DNA from: Dicyema japonicum
Lineage: Eukaryota > Animalia > Dicyemida
DNA: 64,000 nt
Direction of reading: 5' to 3'
NCBI GenBank assembly: GCA_011109175.1
Contig: RDEW01000001.1
Coordinates: 794,912 to 858,911, forward strand
In this document: positions 40,145-53,439 of the stretch, piece by piece
Position numbering within the stretch: the first letter of the stretch is position 1
Layout: the number at the start of each line of letters is the position of its first letter
Translations under genes and position numbers: made by a program
Notes under the pieces: model-generated
Databases searched by the model: none
What the model was told of the DNA's origin: nothing
The model's input: only the letters and a program-made list of their open reading frames with translations

Positions 40145-40840
40145 TTTAAATTCTTCCAGCATGTTCATAATAATTTTGTAATTATCTTCTTTCAAGTAGC
40201 TCTTTTCTTGTTTTGTCTTTTAAATAGTCATGGTCTTTTGCATTTTCAACTTTTTTTCTGACATCGTGATTATGGAATGCGCCCAGACAGGATCATAGTA
40301 TTTTATTCTCTCTTGAAAAGTCTGATTCGCAATGTGGAATCTGCATACATATATTTGGAGTTAGAGAACTTAAATAATCAATTACAAAAGCGTCTAACCA
40401 GATTTTATGAGCAGACCGTTGTCGCCTAGACGAGTGAAGTCATAGGGCCTCAAAATTTTTTTTAAGATTGCTTATGTCAATAAGATCGATATTGTGCAAC
40501 CTTCTATATAAATTATAACAATCGATTTTCTGTATAATGACCTTGAATTGGAAGACCTTGATATCGGTCCCTGATTTTTAAAAAAAAAACGAAATTTCTA
40601 ATTTTGTACAAAAACATGTTCGACGAAATATATAACAAAAATGGGAGATTTTATAAATTTGGATTGGTTAAAGTCAATTTCTTGAACAGGTTAAAGTGAA
40701 TTAGAATGGATTAGGATGTATTAGAGACCGATTTTGGGTAATTAGAGCATCGGTTGTTTCTATACATTCATAAAGTTTATTTTATTGACAGAATACGATG
40801 TTCGAACTCTAATTAAATTGACTTTTAATTTTTATCCATA
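40145..40840 (-). pseudogene. Unidentified convergent gene/pseudogene co-amplified with the LAMP-like gene, copy 1
   Basis: Protein-like fragments on the minus strand: EIDFNQSKFIKSPIFVIYFVEHVF, DRYQGLPIQGHY, LRPYDFTRLGDNGLL, HIANQTFQERIKYYDPVWAHSIITMSEKK; GT-AG intron candidates. Confidence 0.4.
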
Positions 40841-41039
40841 AATTCTTTTTTTATTTTGATATTAATATATCATTACTATAAATAAATCCTTAGTTAAAAG
40901 CAATCCAAATTTTATTATACATAATTTAAATATGAATTTTTTAGGGTTTCTGTGTTATATAAGCGTAAGCGCTCTTAAGAAGAGAGGGCAGCCACCAAAA
41001 AACCAGAAGTAGTCAGGATAACCCTGATTAATGCCCGTT

Positions 41040-41530
41040 CTTTTTGGAAACGGGCCTCAGTGCTGGTTGCTCTAGCCAGCACGATCCAGATGGATGTTCT
41101 AATTATAAACGAAACTAAATTGAAGAAAAGACCAATTAAAATTGATCGATACGACTCATTAGATATTTGTTGGAAGATTGGTTCTTGTGCTAGAACAGGA
41201 ACTTCAATTTACTACAAATCTTCTATAATTACAAGACTACCCACGATCGATGAAAAAAATCTTTGTGAACTAGCAAGCATTTAACTACAAACAACCATGG
41301 GATGGATAACTATCGGAGGAATCTATTCTAAAAAAACTACGCGAGTATCCATGGATTGTTGACAAATTTATGGAAAACAATGAATATCCAATCCTTGTTT
41401 GGGACATGAACGCTAAACAAACTGACTATGGTTGTGTAACAACCAATCAAGATGGAAAATGTTTTTGTAAAATGGATAAAGTCTGGAGAGTTAAAGATTT
41501 TAACTTCAGTCGAAATTATGCAATTAAACT
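41040..41530 (+). mobile_element. LINE AP-endonuclease fragment
   Basis: DVLIINETKL..GTSIYYK..PILVWDMNAK. Confidence 0.72.
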
Positions 41531-43019
41531 CGCACATGGATTGGATTTAGCATCTAAAATTGATGACGAATACGAAAGATAAACGAGAAGAATCGGTGAT
41601 TTATTACATTGCTTGTGGAAACTAGCATTGTAATTGGGGTTTTTTACTGAGAAGAGACATAAGGTGTCTCATGAGAGTGCCCCGATATAGACGACCCCAA
41701 ATCTTGGCTTTCCTCTTTAGTTAATGGCTCTTACCATGTTTTAGTTAGTTGGGGTTTTGCGAATAAATTATGTTATCTGTTATCTGAGCGACAGATTTTT
41801 GAACTTTTGCCTTAGTTGCGTTTTTAATTCTTTTGATAATGTTGCAATTGTTCAATTCTTTTGGTTATAATGGAAATACATTGTGATTCCTTTGGTTTCA
41901 TTAATGACTCCTGTAACCATATGTTTTGGACTGATAAGTTTGACATATCTTACCGGACACGAAGATTGCCCGGGTTCTCATACTATACGACAATAAATGA
42001 ATAAATTAACACAGTTTATCACGAGTCCTCTTATATTTTTTTATTTTAATTAATTTAAAAAAATAAATTAAAAATTTAACTTTGGCGGTAAATTTAAATT
42101 TGATAAATATTGAGCCAGGAAGAAAACAGTCAGAAATAGTAATCTACTAAATAATATTAGTTTCTTCTAATATACTAAACAACTCACTTCAGGAAATAAT
42201 CTCTGATTTGAATAAAAAAAAGATGAGGATATATTTATTCAAACAAATTCAAGGAAGAAATGGAGAAATTTACTAGAATGGAGTGAATCCAAGAGAACTG
42301 AATAAAAAAAAGATGAGGATATATTTATTCAAACAAATTCAAGGAAGAAATGGAGAAATTTACTAGAATGGAGTGAATCCAAGAGAACTTGTACAATGCT
42401 TATGAACAGGAAAGGAGGATACTTGAAAATAACATTGACGTTATAATAGCACTAATTACTAGAAAATCAAGGAATCAATTCAAGAGATAAAATGAAGAGG
42501 TTAAGATAGGCAAATTCAAATCATCCTTACTATTATATGGATCTAGTTTATAGTTTCAATAGTTTATCGTTACTTTATTTTATTGGATGTACGTGGACTG
42601 AAAAGAAGGAGTTCGAATTTATTTGACGTCCTATATTGCTTTTATATTAAGCGGTTTTAAGGATTTTANGACAGCTTTTTCACGTTCATTGTTTTCTGGG
42701 ATGAAAAACAACAACAGATGAAAGTGAAGAGGTTTTCGAAATATTTATAATATCGTCAAGTATAATTTAGTAAAATAATAAAATTCATGAAAATTTGAAT
42801 ATTTGAGAGAAATTGTGGATTTATCTCCGTCAAATAAGATTTTTCGTTATCTACAGAAAGTGAAGAGGTTTTCGAAATATTTATAATATCGTCAAGTATA
42901 ATTTAGTAAAATAATAAAATTCATGAAAATTTGAATATTTGAGAGAAATTGTGGATTTATCTCCGTCAAATAAGATTTTTCGTTATCTACATTTTTATTT
43001 GTTTTATCGTTATTCTGTT

Positions 43020-44040
43020 ACTAAGGTGGTTTGCTTGGCCTGTAATTTTCATTTCTGTTGTCTAGAGTAGGTTAATAGAGCTTCTTAACTTTTAGGCTCA
43101 GTGTTTTTGATTCAACAATATGACCACCTCAGTAAAACTTTAACGGATCCTTGGCCGTACTCAGTCAACAAAATTTGTACATTTATGGAGGATGTTACAA
43201 CATAAATCAACGTTCGGCATTATATTGGCAGTAGTTGACCAGAACTTAGGTATCTCAATACTCTCTAGAATTTGAAATATCCAAAAATGAGGAAACCGAT
43301 TCCGCCTGTCGGTCTTTCAAAGAACTGACTACCACCTATAGTGTTACAACACAAATCAACGTTTGGCATTATATTGGCAGTAGTTGACCAGAACTTAGGT
43401 ATCTCAATACTCTCTAGAATTTGAAATATCCAAAAATGAGGAAACCGATTCCGCCTGTCGGTCTTTCAAAGAACTGACTACCACCTATAGTGAAGAAGTA
43501 GTTTAGAGCGAAACCATATTTGTTGGCCTACTTAGTGTTTGCATGGTTCTGGAAAATTCAGTTTATTACTGACTTCAGCACGTGTGTGATTTCTGGCTTT
43601 TTTAGACAATATTTTATAGAAGACAATTGGTTTGTCGATATCTTTTGCGTATTCAATTTTCAACTGAGTGCTGGGTCTTCAGAACCATTACCTAGAGGAC
43701 ATTCAACTTCTGGAGACCTTTCATTTTTTGATTGGAAAAACATAATGTTGCGTCAAGTGGTTTTCCTATTTAGCGACGCCCAAAATCTTGAAAAAATCAT
43801 TTTCAAGATTTATTGAGACTAGAAATGTTCTAAAAGCAGCAATTTGACTTCTTCCTTGTAATGATTTTCACCTTCATCACAATAATCAGGACGGTCTTCA
43901 ACTGAATTCATGGTCAGTTCTTTTCGTTTCAAGAGAATTGATAATTTTTACATCTTGTCTCAAGTGCATCGACAGTTTCGCATCTTACATTTCGAAAAAA
44001 TAGATACTTCTTACATAATATCAAAAATATTCACAATGCA
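43020..44040 (-). mobile_element. Third, more divergent R4/Dong-like fragment
   Basis: Homologous to ~29560-30100; ENYRP near 43040. Confidence 0.55.
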
Positions 44041-44479
44041 GCAAAGGAGTACTCGATACTGGGTAGAACGAATTGTTTGTATAGAAGCTTTAACGATGGG
44101 CGGAAAGATACCGGAGAGTGAGTGAAAGCCTTGAGAATTCCAATTTTTGATTTGGATCCTCGCGGTTACTAGGTCCACTTGATAGGTGAATGTAAGTAGG
44201 GGATCCGGATGACTCAAAGGATTGAAAGGTTTTTTTTAATGGGAAGTGGGGAATCATACAATGTTATTCGTGGTGTTGCCTGTAATTCTTTTCGTGCTGA
44301 GGTAAACGTCAGAGGGAAGGAATATAAATTTAAACCAATTAGCCACATAGCATTACATGGCAAACACGGTTTTTTTCAAAATTGATACTTTTGTTCACTT
44401 ATTACAGAATTAAATAAGTATAAAAATGAAATATACCCTCACTGATAACAAAATATTTTTACAAATTTTATTGCATTAA

Positions 44480-45170
44480 AATTTAATTAAAAATGAAACT
44501 AAAACTTACAAACATAAATAAGGATTCCAAGCCAACATGTGAGGGATAGTTGAGAAAATAGGACCATACCTAGAAGAATTGTTGTCAACTCAAATCCTGG
44601 AGCAGTTACCAATTTCTAGTTGCGAGAAACATTTAAAGTAGACTTTGAGGGAAGCTGAACTAAAAATATCTTCTTATGCTCCTTACACTGAGTCATGTGA
44701 GCTGCGATGTAAGGATACTTCACTATGATCAGCAACAACCACCAGAAAGATTCAGAGTTAGGTCTTCAGCAGTTGAGATGAAATCCTCGATTTTCCATAG
44801 AATGGAGTCTTTCCCTTCCAGGGTGGGTGAAATATTGTCACTTTCTTGAGAATTCTTTTGAAGGGCCGACAGAAAGTACTTTTGCGGTTGAACCTCTCCT
44901 CGGACTTAATTAAATCAACAAAGTACAGTTTTATGAAAGACGCCCTAACCGAAGGAGAAGAATGTGGGGGATCTTGTGGTCATGAATGACGAAATCACCT
45001 AATACGGTTTTTCACATGCCAGACGTTGGGAATTCCATCTTCTGGACTGTCGTCCTTCTGATTTATCGTATAATCACTCAATTGATAGCTGGGATGAATT
45101 TATTTTGGTACAGATTAACGGCTAGCTCATGAGAAATCACTCTGATTATTCTGAATTGATTCACAGTCTC
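44480..45170 (-). pseudogene. Candidate tiny-intron gene or pseudogene, product unknown
   Basis: Several 22-26 nt GT-AG intron-like segments separate protein-like stretches; hydrophobic C-terminal segment TTILLGMVLFSQLSLTCWLGILIYVCKF; no continuous frame found. Confidence 0.3.
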
Positions 45171-47841
45171 NAAATAAATTCATACACTTCCGAATATCTA
45201 AAAAAACTCACTGATCACGTCAATTTTGAAGACGGAAAAACCTAAGGATGATCCTCTACCTATCCCATGTTTCCATATTCTGTTTCCCAGTTTATCCCCA
45301 AAATAAAACTTACGGACAACTCAAGTATTAATAGACATAATGAAGATCTTCGAACGGACTCATCGTTAAGAATGATATCTGAATTTAATATTAGAAAATT
45401 ATATTTTTTCCATTTGTCATGAATCCTTAGAACTCTTACAAAAATATGGTTAAAGGATTAATTTTTGCATAAATCCTAAATCTTGGAAATTTTGAATCCT
45501 CACTTTGATTCAACTTAAGTTCCTATTTTTCAAACAAAACACAGTTAGATACATATAAAGGAAAAAGTACCGAGACATTAGGAACCGGTTTTGCTATGAA
45601 ACACAGAGACTAGACATGACACTGGGAGCAGACTTCATTGGTGGCACTCTTCTTAGTAATCGCCAGCTTCCTGCATTTTAGTGACGTTGGGATCTACAAT
45701 TTAATTTAATGGAATCCGCTCAGTAGATAACATCAAAATAGCCACCAGAACTAGCCTCTAATATGATTTCGTCAGAAAAATGTTATTTCACTTAAATCGT
45801 GTTTTATAAACCCATGTGTTTTATCATAGTGATACATGATTTCCTTGGGGGATCCAGTGATGTAAGGGAGTCATTAGGTCTGTGGAGTGGTCACCCTTAT
45901 ATGAGACTCGAGGGAAAGAGCCCTAAACTCTCCTACATGTCGTTTGTCATACAGGACACGAAGTAACTAAGAAGTGTGGATTTGGTGGCCTGGATATAAT
46001 TTAGTGTCTTGAAAATGAGCTATACCCACAGAATAGAAAAAAAAACTAATCGTTAAATATGATTTAAGTGATTGAAAGTTCAAATGTTATTTAGCCGCAG
46101 ATATAGTTAAACCATGTCTTGACTCGGTTGGCAGCAGTGGACAACAAGCCGACTAGGAGTTGAGAAGAACTNTGGTCACCCTTATATGAGATTCGAGGGA
46201 AAGAGCCCTAAAATCTCTTACATGTCGTTTGTCTTACAGGACACGAAGTAACTAAGAAGTGTGGATTTGGTGGCATGGATATAATTTAGTGTCTTGAAAA
46301 AGAGAAATGAAAAAATAACTAATCGTTAAATATGATTTAAGTGATTGCAAGTTCAAATGTTATTTCACCCCAGATTGAGTTTAACCATGTCTTGACACGG
46401 TTTGCAGCAGTGGACAACAAGCCGACTTGGAGCTGAGAAGAACTTTATCTCTTAGTAGACAGGGATGAAATCCTTTATGAAAAAGATAATTGAATTTGAA
46501 AGGTCCCCAGTTATCATCACAATGTCTGAATACTGCGTATGCTGAGAATTCAGGGTCCTTTGCTCAATGTCTTCCGATACCTCAAAGTCACACAACTCCA
46601 TCTAAAACCAGCATAATGGAAATCTTTCCTGTGAAGTGGGGAGAAATGGAAATCTTTCCTGTGAAGTGGGGAGAGCAAATGAACCTTTTTAATGCCAACC
46701 TGGCACTGGGTGACACCTTGACAGGTTGATCCCATGACGCCACTCAAGTANCGATACCTCAAAGTTAAACAAGTCCATCTAAAACCAGCATAAAAGGTAA
46801 AAGACGTCAATTCTTGAAGTAATGGAAATCTTTCCAGTGAAGTGGGGAGAGCAAATGAACCTTTTTAATGCCAGCCTGGCACTGGGTGACACCTAGACAG
46901 GTTGATCCCATGACGCCTCTCAAGTAGGAAAGAGAAGAGAAAGAACAGACAAAACGAACAGAAAACCTCAAACAAATTAGCATCGTAGCACTACGAGGCG
47001 AAAATGATATAATCATTATTATTATTATCAGCACTTCCGAGAACACATAAAAAAACAAAAGTCAATTAAGGTACCCTTGTGCCGCGCCGGCCACCCTTTG
47101 CACCAATCGCATCCAAAAGCCTCTCCGTTTCGGAAGATCTCTTAGTTCATCGAGGTCATCCATTGTTTTCAACTCCCTGCCTATGGCTTTTAGGTCCTCA
47201 TTNNNNNNNNNNNNNNNNNNNNNNNNNNNNNNNNNNNNNNNNNNNNNNNNNNNNNNNNNNNNNNNNNNNNNNNNNNNNNNNNNNNNNNNNNNNNNNNNNN
47301 NNNNNNNNNNNNNNNNNNNNNNNNNNNNNNNNNNNNNNNNNNNNNNNNNNNNNNNNNNNNNNNNNNNNNNNNNNNNNNNNNNNNNNNNNNNNNNNNNNNN
47401 NNNNNNNNNNNNNNNNNNNNNNNNNNNNNNNNNNNNNNNNNNNNNNNNNNNNNNNNNNNNNNNNNNNNNNNNNNNNNNNNNNNNNNNNNNNNNNNNNNNN
47501 NNNNNNNNNNNNNNNNNNNNNNNNNNNNNNNNNNNNNNNNNNNNNNNNNNNNNNNNNNNNNNNNNNNNNNNNNNNNNNNNNNNNNNNNNNNNNNNNNNNN
47601 NNNNNNNNNNNNNNNNNNNNNNNNNNNNNNNNNNNNNNNNNNNNNNNNNNNNNNNNNNNNNNNNNNNNNNNNNNNNNNNNNNNNNNNNNNNNNNNNNNNN
47701 NNNNNNNNNNNNNNNNNNNNNNNNNNNNNNNNNNNNNNNNNNNNNNNNNNNNNNNNNNNNNNNNNNNNNNNNNNNNNNNNNNNNNNNNNNNNNNNNNNNN
47801 NNNNNNNNNNNNNNNNNNNNNNNNNNNNNNNNNNNNNNNNN

Positions 47842-48480
47842 ACCTACTAAAAAATGCACCTGCGGAGCTTGAGAAATGGTTTCTCAGCGTAAATGTCAAC
47901 ATAACTGAAATTACGGAAATCAAAAGAGAAAACTATATTACTTATGAAAGATGGATACGTAGTAGTAAGCTCGGCTCTCTGCGGCAATGGCTAAACTGAA
48001 GAAAGGATGGCTAATAGCCAAAAAACATGGAATTGACATCAGATGCATGCTTTACAACGGGTTTGTGAAACCGATCCTACTGTACAACGCTGGAACATGG
48101 GGAAGTTCTTTCAACAAATTATTGAAACTGGATTCGTTCCATAGAAAAAAACTAAGATGCTTACTCGGAATGGAGTGGCCACGTAGAATATCAACTAGTG
48201 GTATCTACAACAAGTGTATGTGATTTACATCAACAAAGATGTGATAGATGCCCGGTGGAGGCTATTTGGGCATGTACTAAGAATGAACCCGAAAGCAACT
48301 GTTAACAAAGCGATGGAAGATTACTTTGACAGTTGCGAAAAACCCTTCCACAGACGACCTAGATCGACACTTCCGAATGCCTTAAACAAAGTATTAAATC
48401 GTGTGAGACAAAATCTAAATACGGGGGACGACTTGGACGAATTGAGATCACTCGCATTTGACAGATGAAGATGGAAAAGA
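47842..48480 (+). mobile_element. RTE LINE 3' part (an inverted RTE 3' fragment lies at ~47060-47202 across the gap)
   Basis: LYNGFVKPILLYNAGTWG..DSFHRKKLRCLLGMEWP..RWRLFGHVLRM. Confidence 0.85.
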
Positions 48481-48489
48481 CTAACTATA

Positions 48490-50170
48490 AATGTGGTTTC
48501 TTTGAGTGTTGCACATGTTGGCTATAATCATTATGGCTTTCGTGAAAGTGCCTTAATAATACGACGATTTAATTTAACCATCCCAAATCCTATCTCTGTA
48601 GAAAATTTGAATATCTTTCAATTGGCTTATAGGCTATTCACAAACCTTCCAATCCACATTGGGATGCCAGAACGATTTAATTTAACCATCCCAAATCCTA
48701 TCTCTGTAGAAAATTTGAATATCTTTCAATTGGCTTATAGGCTATTCACAAACTTTCCAATCCACATTGGGAGGCCAGAACGAGAAACACTTTGTCTACA
48801 GAGCCTTAAGTCTTGTTTACATCAATCCACGAAACGATTAGTTTGTTTCAACAATGACTATTTATGTTATTATTAATTAAGACTTGCTCCTTCGCACCAT
48901 GAAACATCCTCTTTGCCCCCAATTTATTATCAGAAATTATTTCGGACACTTCCAAATAATCCGTAAGTTTTGGGTTGACAATTGTGTATCCGATTTATAC
49001 AATATAGTCATACATGCCTTTTACAGATGAGTCTGATAATAGTGCCTGATATTGTCACAACATGTGGCCAATCATCTTCCTGAAAGCATTTTCCGCAACC
49101 CATGTCCTATCAATCAAAGTCCTTATAGATTCAAAAATTCAAAGTAGACAACACTGATGAATTGAAAAGGAACTTGTTAAACCTAAACATCACAACTGAT
49201 TCCGCCTGTCGGTCTCTCAAAGAACTGATTACCACTTATAGTTGAAGAAGTAGTTTAGAGCGAAACAATATTTGTTAGCCTACTTAGTGTTTGCATGGTT
49301 CTGGAAGATTCAGTTTATTGTTGACTTCAGCACGTGTGCGATTTCTGACTCATTTAGACTATATTCTATAGAAGAGACAGTGGTTTGTCGATAGATGATT
49401 CAGTTTATTGCTGACTTCAGCACGTGTGCGATTTCTGACTCATTTAGACAATATTCTATAGAAGAGACAGTGGTTTGTCGATATCATTAACGTATTCAAT
49501 TTTAAAGTAACTCGCTAGAAATGTTATGAAAGCAGTAACTCGACATCTATTTTGTGCTGATTTTCACCTTCATCTCAATAATCAAGGCGGGGGATTTAAA
49601 AAAGTCGCTTGAATATTATCTACCTGGGTATATCAAAACCTTCGATAACTCTATAATTATTCCGAGGTTTCTAATCAACTGCCTGATTGATTTATCTGTC
49701 CTCAACTGGATTCTTGGTCTGTTCCTTTCGTTTAAGGAGAATTATTAATTTTTTGAAGACAAATGCTATCAGCATCTTATATTTCGGAAAAAAATAGATA
49801 CTTCTTCATAATGTTAAAATATGGAGCTACGTGTTTGGACAAGAAAAAACATATAAAGGATATAGTAGAAAAAGGCATATCTGTCACTTTGTCTGGCAAT
49901 GCGAATATATAATTATATGGAAAATGCTTCAAATACGGTATTTACTGATGCACCTGAAGTCTGTTGGCAATATTCTAAAAATGCACCCAAGCACGTCAGC
50001 AGATGTCATCACGGAGAAGTACTTTGCAGGATCTGGGAAAAGATCCTTTATACATCCAATTACGACACTTCTTAAGCCTTTGTTCCACTGAGGTTCAAGA
50101 TGCCGAAGTAAACTCTACAATATGTTTCAGAAACTAAATATAGAGTATAACTGAGGATTCCTGCGATAAA
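48490..50170 (-). mobile_element. R4/Dong-like fragment (duplicate of 28890-30450)
   Basis: Direct identity. Confidence 0.62.
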
Positions 50171-51290
50171 TAAGGACAATGAAGGAACCTCCTCCATTGA
50201 TAACTATCCCAAAATAGCGGATTGAATTTTCTTTTCGAATACAAAGCGAGTAGGGCTGCGTACGATGTCTCCGTAGACGACTAACTTTCAAGTATCTGGA
50301 CTTCTTAGTAAAGAGTCTCATCCCTCTTTTGGAGCACCAATTTTGCACTTGGTCAATGAATGATTTGATTTTTCTTTCCGATAGAAATGACTTCTTCGAG
50401 GTATCCGTAATCAGAATATCATCTGCGTAAATTATTAGTTTGATGTTCGCATCCGGCGGAGTAGGGAAATCAGAATGAAACACCTTGGACAGAAGCGGGC
50501 TCATGACAGAGCCTTGTGGAACGCCCCTTTTCAATAGGAAATCCTTTGATATATATGCCCCAACACGTACTCGGAATGTACGTCGTGTTAAGAAGTCTTT
50601 TATCCATGTGTAGAGTTTCTTTTAAATGCTAGCCGCCACTAGCCTTATCAGGAGGGATTCATGCTACACGCTATCGAAGGCCTCGGACATGTCCAAACAC
50701 ACCAGGTTTGCCTCTTGAATTCCAGGCCTCTCAGTACCATCGAATGCATGTGATGGATACAATCCGTGCAGGATTTTCCGGGTCTGAAGCCACATTGTTC
50801 TGCGAGAAGGAAACAGCTCTTTTCTATATGTTCGTTTAGTCTTTTTAAGATAATTTTCTCAGCAATCTTGGAGATAAAGCGGATTAGGCTGATTTGCCTA
50901 AAGTTGAAGGGGTCTCACCCCGACATCTAAAGAAGTTAGGATGAGTTTATAGACAATTAATAAATAATCACTGCCAATATCTTTAATCGTAATCGTTCGT
51001 TCGTAAAATTGATTATCAAATTCTGATATTAACGCAATCCCAAATAATCCGTGCCACTTGGAGAATAGTGATTCGGAATCGAGGAAATCACAACAGAAAA
51101 CCTAAAAAACAGACATGTCCTTTAAAACAAGGNNNNNNNNNNNNNNNNNNNNNNNNNNNNNNNCCACTTGGAGAATAGTGATTCGGAATCGAGGAAATCA
51201 CAACAGAAAACCTAAAAAACAGACATGTCCTTTAAAACAAGGCCTTGTCCGTTCGTCCCCAAACTACAAAACAAGATATCTCTCTAGTTT
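50127..51290 (-). mobile_element. Jockey/I-like RT fragment (duplicate of 36574-37750)
   Basis: RGVPQGSVMSPLL..YADDILI. Confidence 0.85.
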
Positions 51291-51392
51291 AAAATTAAAA
51301 TAAATATCATTTGTTTCAAATTATTAAAAATAAATTCATTAATATAACAAGTGACCCAAATTATACATATCGACGTGTTCATTTTACATATT

Positions 51393-52563
51393 ATGTTGTT
51401 GTTAATATTTTTGTTTTCAATCACGAATTTCGGCTTTGAAAATCGAATGTCAGTATATGTAAAAAGTTTATTAAAAAGTACACTAACAAATGTATTTTAT
51501 AAATAATAATGGTAGACAAACAATTATTCAATTGAAACTATTTCTGACGACTTTTATGATGAAATGCCAATTACAATCAAATCAAATAACTTGATCTACC
51601 AATTTTTTATTGAATTCTCAGACAAATTTTACAGCATCTCAATAAAATTAGAATTAAATTCTAGTATTTAATAGTTAACACTCAAAGATAATAAAACCTA
51701 CACAAATACAACAAATCTTCCAAATATTAAACATGGAGATTATTACAGATGCGGATATATGTCCGTAAGTTTTGAGAATGGTAATACTCTGACATTATAT
51801 TCTTTGGTGTTAAAATACTACACTAAACTATCATATCCATATTTCATTGGAAAAGGTTTGACATAATTTAATTTAGCACATGACTGTGATCCATCTAACG
51901 ATCCAAATGTTCAATATTGGTATTTTATTGAGAAAATCGACTGAAAGGAATATTAAGTGGAAATTTTAGAATCACACGTTTTTATAATCACAATGTTGAA
52001 ATAGTAAATTGTATATTTTAATATTAGATTGATGATTTGTCATTAATTTACGAGAATCTGGATTCGAAGATTAATTTTGATAACAATAGTGTTGAGTTAT
52101 CTCTTAAGGGGCATAATTTAGAGATACTTTTTACATTTATTTTGTCTCAAAACAAATATTATATCTCCAATATTCAGATAGTCATCAATAAAATCTATAA
52201 CGGGTCTTGGAGTCCTAATAAAAGCAAATTGATTGATGTTGGAAATTCTTGTAACTTCAAATTGTCTCTCACTAAATTTTCTGATGACATATATGCTGAG
52301 TTTTCATCATTTAAGGCACAAATTCTTCAAAGTGAGTTTAATTCCCATTATACTGGAAAAGGTTTGATTTTTTCTGAATTTTAGAATCGGAGTGTTTTGG
52401 AAAAGTAACTCCTGGAAAAAATACAAATTCTAATCATTCAAAAAATTTTACAATTATAGGAATTATTCTATCTGTTCTAACACTTACAATAATTGGAGTC
52501 ATCACATTTGTCATAAAATGCCGAAATATAATAAGACCAATGGAATATATTCCTATTTTTTAA
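51393..52563 (+). pseudogene. LAMP-like two-domain type I membrane glycoprotein, copy 2 (single -1 frameshift near 51920)
   Basis: GT-AG introns 51492-51515 (24), 51664-51687 (24), 51856-51876 (21), 52004-52027 (24), 52362-52384 (23). Hydrophobic N-terminus MLLLIFLFSI; domain ends HGDYYRCGY..FIGK|AHDCD and DVGNSCNF..KAQIL..YTGK|ESECF; many NxS/T sequons; TM IIGIILSVLTLTIIGVITFVI; tail KCRNIIRPMEYIPIF*. Confidence 0.8.
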
Positions 52564-52599
52564 ATGCAATTAATTTTCTCGTTGTTTTTTTTATTTTAA

Positions 52600-53290
52600 A
52601 ATTTCCAAGCACGTTTATAATAATTTCGTAATTATTTTCTTTCAAGTATCTCTTTTCTTGTTTTGTCTCTTAAGTAGTCATGGTCTTTTGCATTTTCAAC
52701 TTTTTTTCTGACATCGTGATTATGGAATGCGCCCAGACAGGATCATAGTATTTTATTCTCTCTTGAAAAGTCTGATTCGCAATGTGGCATCGGCATACAT
52801 ATATTTAGAGTTAGAGAACTTAAATAATCTATTACAAAAGCGTCTAACCAGATTTTATTAGCAGACTGTTGTCGCCGAGACGAGTGAAGTCATGGGGCCT
52901 CAAAATTTTTTTTAAGATTGCTTATGTCAATAAGATCGATATTGAGCAACCTTCTATATAAATTGTAACAATCGATTTTCCGTATAATGACCTTGAATTG
53001 GAAGACCTTGATATCGGTCCCTGATTTTTAAAGGAAAAACGAAATTTCTAATTTTGTACAAAAACATGTTCGACGTAATATATAACAAAAATGGGAGACC
53101 TTATAAATTTGGATTGGTTAAAGTCAATTTCTTGTACGGGTTAGGGTGAATTAGAATGGATTAGGATGTATTAGAGAACGATTTAGGGTAATTAGAGCAT
53201 CGGTTGTTTCTATACATTCATAAAGTCTATTTTATTGACAGAATACGATGTTCGAACTCTAATTAAATTGACTTTTAATTTTTATCCATA
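52600..53290 (-). pseudogene. Unidentified convergent gene/pseudogene, copy 2
   Basis: Duplicate of 40145-40840. Confidence 0.4.
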
Positions 53291-53439
53291 AATTCTTTTT
53301 TTATTTTTGATATTAATATATTATTACTTTAAATAAATCCTTAGTTAAAAGCAATTCAAATTTTATTATACATAATTCAAATATGATTTAAAGATTTTAA
53401 CTTCAGTCGAAATTATGCAATTAAACTCGCACATGGACT

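Larger units (their letters stand above)
48190..53435 (+). repeat. Segmental duplicate of ~28580-41540 lacking three internal segments
   Basis: Collinear identity of RTE end, R4-like, Jockey-like RT, LAMP unit and APE tail; junctions at ~50170, ~51292 and ~53387. Confidence 0.85.

Noticed and set aside
41030-41055. Hairpin gcccgtt...aacgggc resembling a terminator
   Set aside because: Eukaryotic context; single short stem at the edge of a LINE fragment, with no supporting evidence
45200-46930. Possible LTR/LINE pol remnants and new repeats
   Set aside because: Too degraded to assign; only isolated weak words and local tandem duplications at n junctions
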